Below are positions 37,206 through 49,648 of a stretch of DNA of 64,000 nt, in pieces. Positions within the stretch are counted from its first letter, which is position 1; every line of letters starts with the position of its first letter. Under the pieces are notes generated by a model. That model was not told where the DNA came from. It ran no database searches and was given only the letters and a program-made list of their open reading frames with translations. Where the stretch lies: NCBI GenBank assembly GCA_964016885.1, contig OZ024746.1, positions 83,824,001 to 83,888,000 of the forward strand, read 5' to 3'. A program made the translations under genes and the position numbers. The stretch comes from Eledone cirrhosa (taxonomy: Eukaryota).

Positions 37206-40136
37206 CAGTTGGTATTAAGAGGAGCATCCAAATGTGGAAACCACGCCAGAAAGGAATGCGAGTGAAACATGGTCATCTGACCTGCTTAGCCTCAATGTGA
37301 CAACCTGTCTAACTCATGCAAACATAGAAAATATGTGTGTAATGATGATAATGAACATAAGCACAGGGTCATACTTTTTCAGAGGAGGAGTACAGCTGAT
37401 ACAAATGAAACGCTGTACTTAACTGGTATATATTTTTTTATACTTGAACAAAAGGTAAGGTTGAAGATACTGAGATTTGACATCCACTACGAAAAAAAAT
37501 AAAAACAAACATAGTAGTTTCTTGCTGAAGCAGAAACTGAATTTACAAGAATTTACATTACTTAGCACTAATGACATGAAATTAGCTACAAACCCAGATT
37601 AAGTTGTATTGGGTGTTCTACACGAAATAGCATCCAAATTTCCTTCAAATCAAATCATTATAACACAATAAAAATAGGAGAGGGTGCATTGTGGCTGAAA
37701 TAAAAATATGATGGACCTGATTGGTTACTTTTGATAAGTGCTCGATTAGGGCTCACTTAGGAAGCTCAATAACAAAAACAACTGCTTTCTCTCTGGTACT
37801 TCCCCAGAGCATGTCAATTTGATTTGGTTTGAAATGACTAGAATTTTTCCAAATTGAACAAAATGAAAACCTACCATCAAAAGAAATGAAAACAACTTTA
37901 CATTTGACCTACAGGACTGATTTGGAAATAGTAAGACAGTAGAATCAGAGAAAATTAGTAATGTTGTGTCACCAAAAAGTAATACAAATAAATCAGTAGA
38001 ATATTTTATGTTGTGAGAAGAAACAGAAGACTAATTTTACTTATTTATTCTCTCTCTTCAAAGAAGGGCAAGTGACAGAACCATTAAATGTCTCTTCTTT
38101 CTCATGTCATAAATCATATTCCATTGTTTAAATCATTTAAACAAAACCTACCATCATTTCTACAAGCCATAAAGGAAGCTTCCATGCAATTGCTCAAATG
38201 GTAAGAAACAGAAGTAAAATCACCTTCAAACTACACCCTGCCATCTTAAAAATAAAAAATGGAAGGGTAAATTGAATAATGTAATCTAAGATAAATTTTG
38301 TCTGTAAAAAGAAAAATGAACTCAAAAATGGCCATAACCACTTTGCTCATAGAACAGATCAATTGAGGCTGGCCTAAAACTAAACAACTGTAGTTGATTT
38401 GTATATTGTTTGATGATTGAGTTCATTGACTTGACTTTATCATGATCAATAAGTAATCAGTCCTATAAGATGGCATTCCAAACACTAAGGGTGTTTCTAC
38501 ATAGTCAGCCGAATCTTTCCCAAAATCAAACTCTTAAAAAAAAACCGGGGGAAAGTCATTGTTTAATGAGATTCGAGAAAAACTATGTCTTTGTTAATAA
38601 GTTCTGCTGGTTGATCAGGGAAGACCAAAGGCTAAACATAAATTTAGCTCAGCATTGTTGGTTTTTTTATGTGCATTAACACTGATTTCTCTCTTTCACA
38701 AAAATGCACACATGCATTTAATCTTCAAATGACAATGACATAAAAAGCTATGCAAGCATGCACACTTACACCCCCACACAGAAATATATGGGTGCATAAA
38801 ATCACACAATAACTTTAAAACGTATTCCTTAAAAAGCTTCTATGATAATGTATTTTGTAATAAGCAAAATTCCTTCATTCTTTTACTGGTTTCAGTCATT
38901 TGACTACAGCCATGCTGGGATATCCAGTATTTTTGAGGGTTTCAATCAATCATATCAATCCTAGTAAGTATTTTAGTCTAGTACCTATTTTATCAATTTG
39001 CCAAAGTTGAGACACACGTATTTTGTAAATTTTCTAAAGCTGCAGTAGAAAATATTTGACTAAAATGCTCCACAGTGGAATTGAACCAGGAACCATGTGG
39101 TTGTGAAACAGACTTCTTAATAACACAGCAACGTTTTTGCAGAGAAGGAACATGTAATAAATTACATCAACTCCAGTACTTCATTAGTACATAATATATT
39201 CTGCAGCCCATCCATATAGAATGAAAGGCAAAGCTAACCATACCAGGATAATGAACTTATTACCAAATCATTACCCAATACTGAAAAGCATTGTGTCCAA
39301 CACTCTACTGATTCTACCAATACACTGGACTTAACTTTTAAAATTAAGTATAGTAATAAATATAATAAAATTCAAGGTTAACACTGTACAGATAGAAAAA
39401 AACATACAAAGATATTGCTTGATTAATATATAACAATATAAAATAATGGTTTCTAATTCAGACACAAAGCTATCAATTTTGGGGTGGAGAAAGTGTATTA
39501 TATTGACCCCAGTACTTGACTGGTACTTTATTTTATCAACCCCAGACAAATGAAAGGCAAAGTTGTCCTTGGTTGGGCTTGAATTCAGAATATAAAGGGT
39601 CATAACTTAATATTGCAAAGCATTTTGTCCGCCTGTTTAACAATTCAACCAATCCACTATATATAATGTAATAATTCATGCACAATGAGAGAGAGTGTCA
39701 AATATAAAATTTACTAAAACTGGTGATACTGAGGTGTGTGTGTGACCATCAGTATCACTGACTGTACACATAATTCCAAAACTCTCTTTCCCAATAATTA
39801 TTTCAGAGTTATAGCAACAGAAACCACTAACAGATGATTCATAGATGATGATGATTTATATATAGATGTGTGAATGTGTGTATGTATATGTATATAGAGA
39901 GAGAGATTAAAATAACATGTATATATATATATATATTGCTGGCTTAGTTCGGAGCTCAGCTGTTGGAGTCCTGATTATTTTCCTACACACACACACACAC
40001 ACGTATATAGTGAAAGAAAAGCTGACAAAGTGACAGACAGACAAAGATGGAAATATATAAAGACAGTGTGTGTGGTGCTGAAACCCAGGAGACCACTAAT
40101 CATGGTAGTATTCGATGCATGGGGAGATGCAGAGTG

Positions 40137-40179
<43 letters not shown>

Positions 40180-40739
40180 AGAGAGATAGATAGATAGAGA
40201 GAGAGTTAAGTAGATAAATACATAGCGAGATAGATAAAAATACAAACATATATGTATATAAGTTTATGTGAGTGTATACATATATATATTTCATATTCCT
40301 ACATGTATCAATTTCATATTTTTACACAAACCACAGGCACACATTACTACACAAGTTACCTGCAATTTCAGGTAAACACAGCTGTCTTAATTAAAATCAC
40401 ACTCAAGCAAATTTGAAAGCCTATTGTTATGGAAGCATGTATGATTATTGTTTGCCACCAATTACCATCTACAATGTTTCCAAAGACTCTTAAATTATTT
40501 TTAATGTGTTAATCGGATGAAAGGTGAACATTTTCTTCTAAATAGGTTGCTGGTTGCTAATCTATCTCACGTTAGGTGAAATAAAGCAATGTAAAATTAA
40601 ATGTGACATCCAAATACACAAAAAAAAAACAAAAAAAACCCCCTGATATGCCTGCCATGGAATTGAACTCACAAGATCTTTGAGTTGTCTACTCTCAAAT
40701 TGAACATTTGTTGAAAATGTAAAAAAAAAAAAAAAAATT

Positions 40740-41466
40740 ACAATGAGAAATCAGACTGGATGGCAACTGAAATGGGACAAATGTTATTGATTAATGAATC
40801 ATGTGGATGCAATAGATACTTGCCGAAACATGACACATATTTTATAGGGCAGCAGATAGTCGATAATATAAGTAGTACCAAGTGGCACCAACAATATAGA
40901 TGCCCAGTTAATGATAACAGTTGTAATAACCGCAGGAATATATTGCTCCAATTCTATAGGTACCAGGAGAATGTTGGAATATATAATGGGTGACTCTAAA
41001 TATACCAGAAGATTGATCACAGGAGCAGCAGTAATTTGGTAAAATGGAAACAGCTACAGTAAATGAATTTGAATGGGTATCAAGAATGACCAAAAAGGGT
41101 ATATGGTGAATGTCACCATCATTATAAATTATCTTTTTTCATTTTTACTTCCACTTTTCTGTGTCTGCATATGTTGATAAACATATGCAGTAATACACTT
41201 ATTATCACTGACAATTCACCAGTGTTAATAAGTACATATGTCTGACAATTGAAAAAGCAGCAGTAAATAGCTCCAATACAGTAACTATCGAGACTGGTAA
41301 AAAGTGGCTGCAGTGAAGAATATTACTGTCGCTGTAGATACTGGATATGGGGCATACACAGGAGCAGCAATGAATATATGACACAAATGGATCCGATGCA
41401 CTGGGAATCAGCCGTGAAGTTAACAGGAAACTACTTCCAATAGTTTCAAAATAATTCCTTGCAAAA
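40740..41466 (-). other. MELK: MELK terminal exon downstream of the stop (3'UTR or alternative C-terminal exon; 3' end uncertain)
   Basis: Acceptor ctctttttttcttttacag at 41467 with branch-point-like CCCTAAC ~25 nt upstream; pairs with the perfect donor at 42815. Confidence 0.7.
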
Positions 41467-41569
41467 CTGTAAAAGAAAAAAAGAGCCAGTGGTTAGGGAT
41501 TATGAAGAAAACTACTAAATAATAGAAAAATAATTTTAAAAAAATAGATATTAAGATAAACACCATTAA

Positions 41570-41840
41570 CCCTTTTGTTACCAAATTACCCACAACTTCC
41601 CTTAGACATATATTAGCAAATCACTTGGGACCAGCCAGATTTACCTATTCATATTAACCTTTTTAACGACTGCCCTTAATACCATGATACACAACTGTTC
41701 ATTTTAAAGTATTTTTATTTTATCCTGCTTTCAAAATTATACATTAAAACCTTTTAAGTAATTTTCCAATAATCATTACACATTTAAAAATTCCTGAAAC
41801 AAAGACAATGTATTTCATTAGGAATATAGTTGCAAAAGGA
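41570..41840. mobile_element. TTAA-flanked piggyBac-like MITE
   Basis: TTAA|CCCTTTTGTTAC...GTTGCAAAAGGA|TTAA. Confidence 0.65.
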
Positions 41841-42573
41841 TTAAATAAAAATTGCTGTAAATCATATTACTATATTAGTGATGATGTAATTTCACTAAGC
41901 AAACAGTTGTTGTACATGGTCTGACTGACTATTTTAGATATTTTTCAACATCTTTATTTTTTCCTTGTTTCTAACATTTTTTTTTTAAATTACCGATTTA
42001 GAAGTATCAACTTTAAATTTGAAAGAAAAAGTAGCTGCAGCAAATAAAGAATTCAACAAGCACTGGATGGTTCAATTTCCAGTAGTGAAAGCAAATTGGA
42101 TAGTCATTGTTAAAGTGAAGAAGAATTGATTCTAGAAAGAGAATACAATGAAAAATATTTCTCTTCCATGTTTTACAGAAGAAAGCAAACTCAATCATAA
42201 TCTTTCTCACGAGTCAAAAGCCATTGACAATAATCTATATTATAATAAGAGCATTGTCTGTCTGTCTGTCATGCTCACTTTATATAGAGAGCGCCAAGCA
42301 AGAGATATGTACATAGATAGAGAGAGAGAGAGTGAGTGTTTGTGTGTGTGACAGAAAGAGGAAGCGCTAAGCAAAAGATGTACATAGAGAGAGAAAAGGA
42401 ATGCCATTTGTTAGTAATAATAATAATAATACATTTTTCCAACATTGGCTTAGGTCTCAAAGAGAAGAGACTCACATATCATGGTAAACAGAACAATATT
42501 ATAGATCACTTCTAACATTATAATACTTGAAATAGCGAATAAAATATAATTTTTGATACAAGCTGCAATATAA

Positions 42574-42770
42574 CTGTTTCTACTTTTGGCACAAGACCAG
42601 CAATTACCCCAGTGCATTACTGGTGTTTTGCCTTATCGACCTCCGTAAGGATGAAAGGCAAAGTTAACCGTGGCAGGATTTGAACGCAGAACGTAAAAGG
42701 CCACAACTCTGTGCTGCAAATATGGTTTCTGATGCTCTACCGATACTGCTAATCCACTACCTTTCAATTC
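42574..42770 (-). mobile_element. Same SINE family with 16-bp TSD, in the MELK post-stop intron
   Basis: ACAAGCTGCAATATAA at 42558-42573 and 42771-42786. Confidence 0.9.
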
Positions 42771-42815
42771 ACAAGCTGCAATATAATGAGAGCTAGATTT
42801 GTTAAATCAACTCAC

Positions 42816-42993
42816 CTATAAATCTGATGATTTAATAATATCTTCACAAAACCTCTTGTACTGCCACGTGTCACCTTTAACTCTCTTGCACCTAATGCCA
42901 ACAAAAGGCAATTTTGGCATACCACACACCTCCAAATTAAAGGCAAGTTTCACTTTCCCTTTGTCATCAGATACAAAGCATCGAAGTACATAT
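42816..42993 (-). CDS. MELK: MELK KA1 domain, last coding exon
   Basis: 178 nt; YVLRCFVSDDKGKVKLAFNLEVCGMPKLPFVGIRCKRVKGDTWQYKRFCEDIIKSSDL*; TAG directly followed by gtgagt. Confidence 0.95.
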
Positions 42994-43299
42994 CTGGAAA
43001 ATAAATTATATATATATATGCACCCATACACGTTACAGTATTTGTAATTCTAATTGAGGATATATCAGTTCATAGTGAGGGATTGTCAATTGAAAGGGAG
43101 ATTAAAGCTTTCAAAGTAAGAATAATGATTTCATGTCTGCTTGACAAGGTATGTCAAAAAACATGTTTAACTCTTAAACAATCAGGTACCACTGTGACAA
43201 GATTTGAAGTCAGAGAGCGGAAATGAATACTGCAAAGCATTCTATCTGATGCTCTAACAACTCGGCCATTTCGCTGCCTAAACCTATATATATACTTAC

Positions 43300-43403
43300 T
43301 CTGCTTGACTGAGTCCTATATATTTCTTCTTAATAGCATCCTTTAGTTTAGACAGCACTAACTCTGGACTGTACTGCTCTGTTCTGAACACATTGTGGGT
43401 TGT
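43300..43403 (-). CDS. MELK: MELK KA1 domain, first part
   Basis: ctccag|ACA...GA|gtaagt; 104 nt; TTHNVFRTEQYSPELVLSKLKDAIKKKYIGLSQA. Confidence 0.9.
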
Positions 43404-43469
43404 CTGGAGAGAGAAAGAGAAAAATAATAAAATATGTTAGACAATAGAGAAATTGATAGATTTCCACCA

Positions 43470-44110
43470 GTGAGTGAAGGCTGTTAACCCTTCTATGTTT
43501 CTGTTATCTTCCATACACATTACATGTTTGTACCAGTGCAGTCTTCTTGCTTGCACACTATATCTAATTTCTCTTATAACTAGTTTTTTTCTCTCAGTTC
43601 ATTTGTGCAGTCATTCATGTACACTAGCATTAAACTTCCACCAGGGCATGATCACCTCAGTTCATTCTAGCAATCACACATCCTCTGCATTCAATGCCTA
43701 TGTTTCACTATAATACAGCATCACACTTCATACACATGCATTATACAATCTGCCCTTCACTCAACAAGAAATTCCCTTTGTTGCCAGCAGAGACAAAAGC
43801 TTCCTAAACCTTTTCCACCCAGTTTTTATTCTGGTTTTGATGCTTTTGGAACACCCTCTTCAACTGCTAATTAGGTAACCTAGACAATAGAAGCTACCAA
43901 TTACTTTTAGGGAGTCTAAGAATTTAAAAGAATCTACCTCATGGAGTTTCTTACTGATGATTACTTTTGTGAATCTGCTACATATGAAATCCTCCTTACT
44001 TGTCAGCCAATCTGCAATCCCACTGCACCTCTTGTGCACCCAAAGTTTACACTGACCATAGTATATGGAATTCCTACATAGTCGTTTTTGCTTCTGTGTA
44101 AGACATTTTT
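43470..44110 (-). mobile_element. RTE-clade LINE RT fragment in a MELK intron
   Basis: NSIYYGQCKLWVHKRCSGI..FICSR..SLKVIGSFYCLGYLISS..KTRIKTGWKRFRKLL. Confidence 0.85.
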
Positions 44111-44438
44111 TCTTAAATTCATTTGATAGATTCAACTATGAAAATTTGTTCATGAGCATAAATAAGTTTCCACTGAGAACTATAATAAAGAGGAGAGGTT
44201 GGAGACTGTCTGCATAATAAATTCCTTTCTGAAGGCATCTTTACATATGGCTTGCATAGCTCTCAAACCATTCATTTACATATTGTTAGCTTAGTGACTG
44301 AATGTCAAAGGCCTTCTTCAGACAAACAAATGCCGAGTATAGTGTTAATATAAAGAATGATATGCTCATGTGCAGAGGTGCTATAAAATAGCTTATAAAA
44401 CGGTGAAGACCCTTAAAAGTCGTAAGAAGTTGCCATCA

Positions 44439-44512
44439 GCCACTATGAGGAATTGAACCCCTATATATCCCAGATACCTGCTAGGAGCTTTAAACCAATA
44501 AGCTGAGGGACC
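44439..44512 (-). pseudogene. tRNA-like cloverleaf (pseudo-tRNA or SINE head; nominal anticodon GGT)
   Basis: D stem GCTT/AAGC, anticodon stem CCTAG/CTGGG with a 7-nt loop, T arm GGGG-TTCAATT-CCTC; poor acceptor stem and no U33. Confidence 0.5.
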
Positions 44513-44968
44513 GTGACAACTCTTTACCGTAATTTTAAATAGATTGCTGAATCACAGCTTTAAGATGTCAGCAGACAGACATCTGTATGTAAACAAAGAT
44601 ACTAGCTAATCTTTCAGACTTTAAGCACACAGTGAATGTAGAGTTAATATAAAGAGAGATTGGCTAAGCATAATGCTTTGCTTTTTTGCTAAAAATATTT
44701 CCTGTAGTTATTTCCTAGGAAGAAGGCATCAGTGCACTTCATCCTGGTACAAACTCAAACTGTATTTCATCTAATAGAATGAATGGTCAAATTGTTAATG
44801 GATGAACAGAGTTCAAATTAAAAAAAAAATTGTTTTAAATTTCTAAAATTACGTTTATAATAAAATTAAAAATATAGGAAAATGCATAAATACATATTTT
44901 ACATGCATAATTCTGTGCAACACAATTTCACCATGTACGATTAAAAGATTTACAGTACAAACACTAAC

Positions 44969-45128
44969 CTTTACTTTACGAGGACCCATTCCAACATATC
45001 TGCTTCTGGGACTGAACATCTTGAAGACTTTTTCCAAACTACCAAACACACCATTCTTTCTGAAGGACTTCCTCTCAGAATTGCGTCCAAACCCACTACG
45101 ATGTAGATCAGTGTCCAAGGATGTTGTT
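44969..45128 (-). CDS. MELK: MELK pre-KA1 exon
   Basis: 160 nt; TTSLDTDLHRSG...GVFGSLEKVFKMFSPRSRYVGMGPRKVK (VFGSLE and GPRK motifs of MELK). Confidence 0.93.
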
Positions 45129-46045
45129 CTGGAGAATAAGGAAAGAAAATTAGTTGGTTCTGGGTTTAGTTTTGTTACATGATATCTTGGGCAAGCATCT
45201 TCTACTATAGCCTTGGGTGTGAAATTTAGTAGAAACTGCAAAAGTCAGTTGTGAGTGTATGTATATATATGCTAGCGTGGAAGATGGACGTTAAACGAAG
45301 ATGATGATGATGATGATGATCAAGAAACAAACAAGAGGATACATTAATATAAAGTCTTATTTTCACGCTTAAAAGAAAGAGTGAGAGTTAAACAGTCAAC
45401 GTGTTGGGCATTTACCCTTCATCATGAATAACAGAGTTAGTGATCTATATGATAAAGCACTTAGTACATGCTGTGAAGTGTGATTGGTGTTAGGAAGGGC
45501 ATCCAGCTGTAGAAAGCTTGCCAAACAAAAGGTTAGGAGGACTCTTTAGTACGTGGCAAAAGACACGACAGCACTCCTGCACTCGATATGACCATATACA
45601 AGCGGGATAGTATACAAACCCCTTGACTTGTAGGCAAGGTCAGTAGCCCCGCTTCAGTACTAACTGGGTTTAAGTAAACCCATCCAACCATCACTAGCAG
45701 AGAAAGTGGATATTAAATGATGATATATATATATATGCATATACACACACCTATGAGGCCAGGTAGTTAGCCCTGGCTATTAGCATCTAAGCAGACAAGA
45801 TCAAATACTATAATGGACCCTCTGGGCTAGAATTGAGTGTTTTAGGTAATTCTGAATCAAGGGGGTGATTACTGGACCTGCTAGGAATAGCAAACAAACC
45901 TATTTCAAATTATGAGATTAACATAGATAATGTGATCCAAGACAGGTAAAAACCCCCCAAAAAGGGCAGGATAGGCATCCTAACAAACAAATAAACATTT
46001 AAAAAATGCTTTTTTGGTGGGGTTTAAGAAACAAAACCAACTTAC

Positions 46046-46157
46046 TTGTTAAAATCAGATACTGGAGAAAACAAGGACAAATTGTGAAGCTGAGAATCAA
46101 CCGAGCGTGAAGGAGACAAAACTTGGGTTCCAGATTTAGCTGATGGAGTGGAAGAAT
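46046..46157 (-). CDS. MELK: MELK linker exon
   Basis: caacag|AT...AA|gtaagt; 112 nt; DSSTPSAKSGTQVLSPSRSVDSQLHNLSLFSPVSDFN. Confidence 0.88.
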
Positions 46158-46729
46158 CTGTTGGAAAATAGAAAGTGTAATGTTTATGAAAATACATATA
46201 GAAATGCAAACATTGAGGAAATTTTAAATTTGAAAATGTGTTAGCCACAATGCAGACAACTATAAGTAATAGTTGAATAAGTTGGAAAAAACAATGGACA
46301 GAGATGCCTGTAAAAATCAAACCACTATAGTTATGAAATATTTCTTATAGTTATCTGCATTGAGGCAAACAAATTATCAAATATATATAAATATATTGTA
46401 GCTATGTACACAGCTCATTTTTTAAACACCTTTTTAATAGTTTATAACCAGTGATGTCAAATCTATGACATGTGATGAACTTTGAAAAAATTTCTACAAT
46501 ATCATGTTATATGAAAAAATATTTATACATATTTACTTAAAACTAAAATACATGTAACTGACACTCCAATAACAGGATTATTATAGAAATAAAGATTTCA
46601 ACATGCCAGGCTAAAATGTTCACCATTTTGGGGACATATCATTTAAGCCAGACATAAACAGTAATACAGGGTACCCGACCTCCCATGGGTACATGCTGAA
46701 GCATATAAACAATATGCCCCCACTCCCCC

Positions 46730-47003
46730 CACCGCAAGGTGGTCGTGGAGGTGCCACGGCAAAAAAGCACCCAGCCCACACTGTAAAGTGGACGTGTAGG
46801 CGCCACGAAAAAGCACCCAGCACTCACTGTAAATGAGGTTGGTGTTAGGAAGGGCATCCAGCTGTAGAAATCAAGCCAGATCAGTTCCTGTATGAGCAAG
46901 GCATGGTCAGCCGACCAGACACTGTCCACAACAGGACAACCCGTCTAACCCATGCTAGCGTGGAAGAACGGACGTAAAACGGTGATGATGATGATGATGA
47001 TGA
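46730..47003 (+). mobile_element. RTE-tailed non-autonomous element with internal ~48-bp units
   Basis: aggaagggcatccagctgtagaaa..ctaacccatgctagcgtggaag..gacgtaaaacggtgatgatg; close inverted copy at 34728-34995; others at 2370-2770, 3680-3855, 4565-4745, 21730-22240, 36780-37350, 52440-52795, 57690-57930, 59210-59750. Confidence 0.85.
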
Positions 47004-49648
47004 TAAACAAATGGGATTTTAAATGTTGATGATAAAGCAATGTTCATAAACTGATTTGTGCATGCACCCATGCGTGTACACACTACCATATACATACCAT
47101 ATATATTCAAATATGAGCTGATCTCTTATATTTTTGTCTGAGAAATGGGCAAAAATCCAAATCTTCTTTATAAACCGAGGGAGCTAATCAACACATTATC
47201 ACATTGTTTTGAAATTCTCATGATGATAATGATGAGTAGAGAAAATATTTAAGAAGTTGTAATATTTTGCTATTTAAAATGTTTTAAATATCGTTTAGAG
47301 TAAAGTTTTTGTTTTACAAATCTACCATCTAGAAAACCCTCAAGTGAAAATAAGACAACCCCCTTCCACATTTTTAGAAATAAAATTTCTTTATAATTAG
47401 AAAATAAAAAGCATGAGAAAAGTCTAAATCAATATAATATAAAGAGATGGAGATATATTTTTACTTTAAGGTATTATTTAAAAAAAAGAAAATTTTCTTT
47501 ACCCATAATGGAGATCATTAAAACCACTAGGGTGAGGGGATTGAAATGAATAGGGAATATTTGAAAGAGATCAACTGTTGGTGTAATTAATATTTTATAA
47601 GTTTTGTTGTTGTTGCTGTTGACATTCATGTTGTCACTGGTGATTTTGTTGTTTATGGTGTTGATATTATTGTATGATTCTGCTTGTATTTCGTCCATTC
47701 ATAATGTATATTACACTTTAATTACATATACACACATCTATACATAAATACATAAACAGATACAGACAACAGAAGTGCAAACACACACACACATTTACTC
47801 ATACATATTCATAAATAGACACATTATACAAAATAATTACCACATATACACACGTCTATGTAATGATTAAGGAAGGGGCTGGCGAAACACTATAATGATG
47901 AGCATTCCAAGATTAGTTATACTTGTTTAAGTTTTGTGTGAGCATATGTGTTTGTGCGTTTATATTTATATACTCATACATATAAATGTATATATATGCA
48001 TATAGACACACACACATACAATTGTAATGAATTGTGTGTATGTGTACAGAGATGTGAAGAAATGAATGAAGAACAAAGGCATATCATTTTAGAGCAATCA
48101 GACAGGCAAAGAGAAGGAGAGAAGAGATAATATACAACTAGATGAACATCTCTTATATAGCGCCTCTTAATTTTTTTACCCATGAAATTTCCACAGGTTC
48201 TGCTAGTTATTATTATTCTTGTTTATATAATAGATTAAAGTAAAGTTATATCTTACAGATAGACCAATATAAAATAATGAAACAAAAAACTAATATATCC
48301 AATGTACAAAATCTCACAATGTCATGAAAACCAAGTGAAAGTATCAATAAAGCAGTATCTAATAAAACAGAACACACTATTAAAGGGAACAAAAAGGAAG
48401 AAAAAAAAAGAGAACACTGCATAAGGATTCAGAGTAGAAGGGAGAGGAAGAGACAGCAAGCGAGAGAGAGGAAGAGACAGTAAATGAGAGAAAGGAGAGG
48501 AAGAGTGAGAAAAAGTGAACAAGCAAGAGAAATAAAACAAAAGATTGACAGAAAAAGTATAATTGAAACACAGAGAAAAACAGTTGGCACACATGTGTAT
48601 GTGTGTAAGGGCTATTTATGTATTAAAAAGTTCAAACAATAAAAATTTGTTGGAAATGTTCTCAAGGCAATGCAGAAATAAAACTCCTGACGATATACTA
48701 AATGTAGAAATATAGTGTTTCATTGTGAAATAATCACTCCAGATATTTTAGCACCTTATCTACACAGAATTTGAAGTTGGTGAAAATCGGCAAAATATTA
48801 ACCCCGAATATAGGCTGACCCCCCCCCCCCCCTCCCATTTTACCATCGATTTTTTTTATCACATATTCCTTGGCTTATATTCGAGTATATACAGTATATA
48901 CACTTCTTGTGTATTAATGTTTTACACTGAATACACAGTACAGAATTCCTACATACTCCTTTTCTGGATATCAAGCATGGCCATTTCCCAGATGTCATCT
49001 GCATTTACATTCTTTCCTATTTACTAAAACTTGGGTCTTTGAAAACTTTACTTCTAGGCCACTTTCCAAACAGTTAAATATTACATTTAGGGAAAATGAG
49101 ACAAGGAAAGTTATTAAATTTTCTAAGAGCCTCAACAATAATATCAGAAATAAGTTTTATATATCACATGACCTTGTGACTTTCCACAGAAGAAAATAAA
49201 GTAACAAACCAACAAGGAAACCTAGAACTCACACCCTACAATATCTAAAAGTAAGGGTATAATTGATATCGTAGTCTTGGATGGAACTGTGCTCCCCATC
49301 TACCAAAACAAGATGAAATGGCCATGGCTTGAACGTTTTTTACTGAGAGATTACTCGACCAGAGCTGACTTGGAACTAAACAAAAACTACAACAAAGAAA
49401 CAAGCTAACAACAGTGCCTCTATGTAGTCACACGACTTGCTGGAAATAGCAGCTAAATTTCGATGATATCACACTTTACCACCTGAGAAAATGGAAGAAC
49501 ACATTGAATAATGTAATCCTGAAAGAAACCTGGAATATCTTTGATAATAAATCTGTTCAATAAGTGCTGATCTGAGGATAAACAATAACAACAACAAAGT
49601 AAAATACAAATATAATAATTAAACAGCATATATCATGCCAACACACAC

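Noticed and set aside
48683-48725. CTGACGA...GAAA hammerhead-like spacing
   Set aside because: Weak stem II; no stem I or credible stem III
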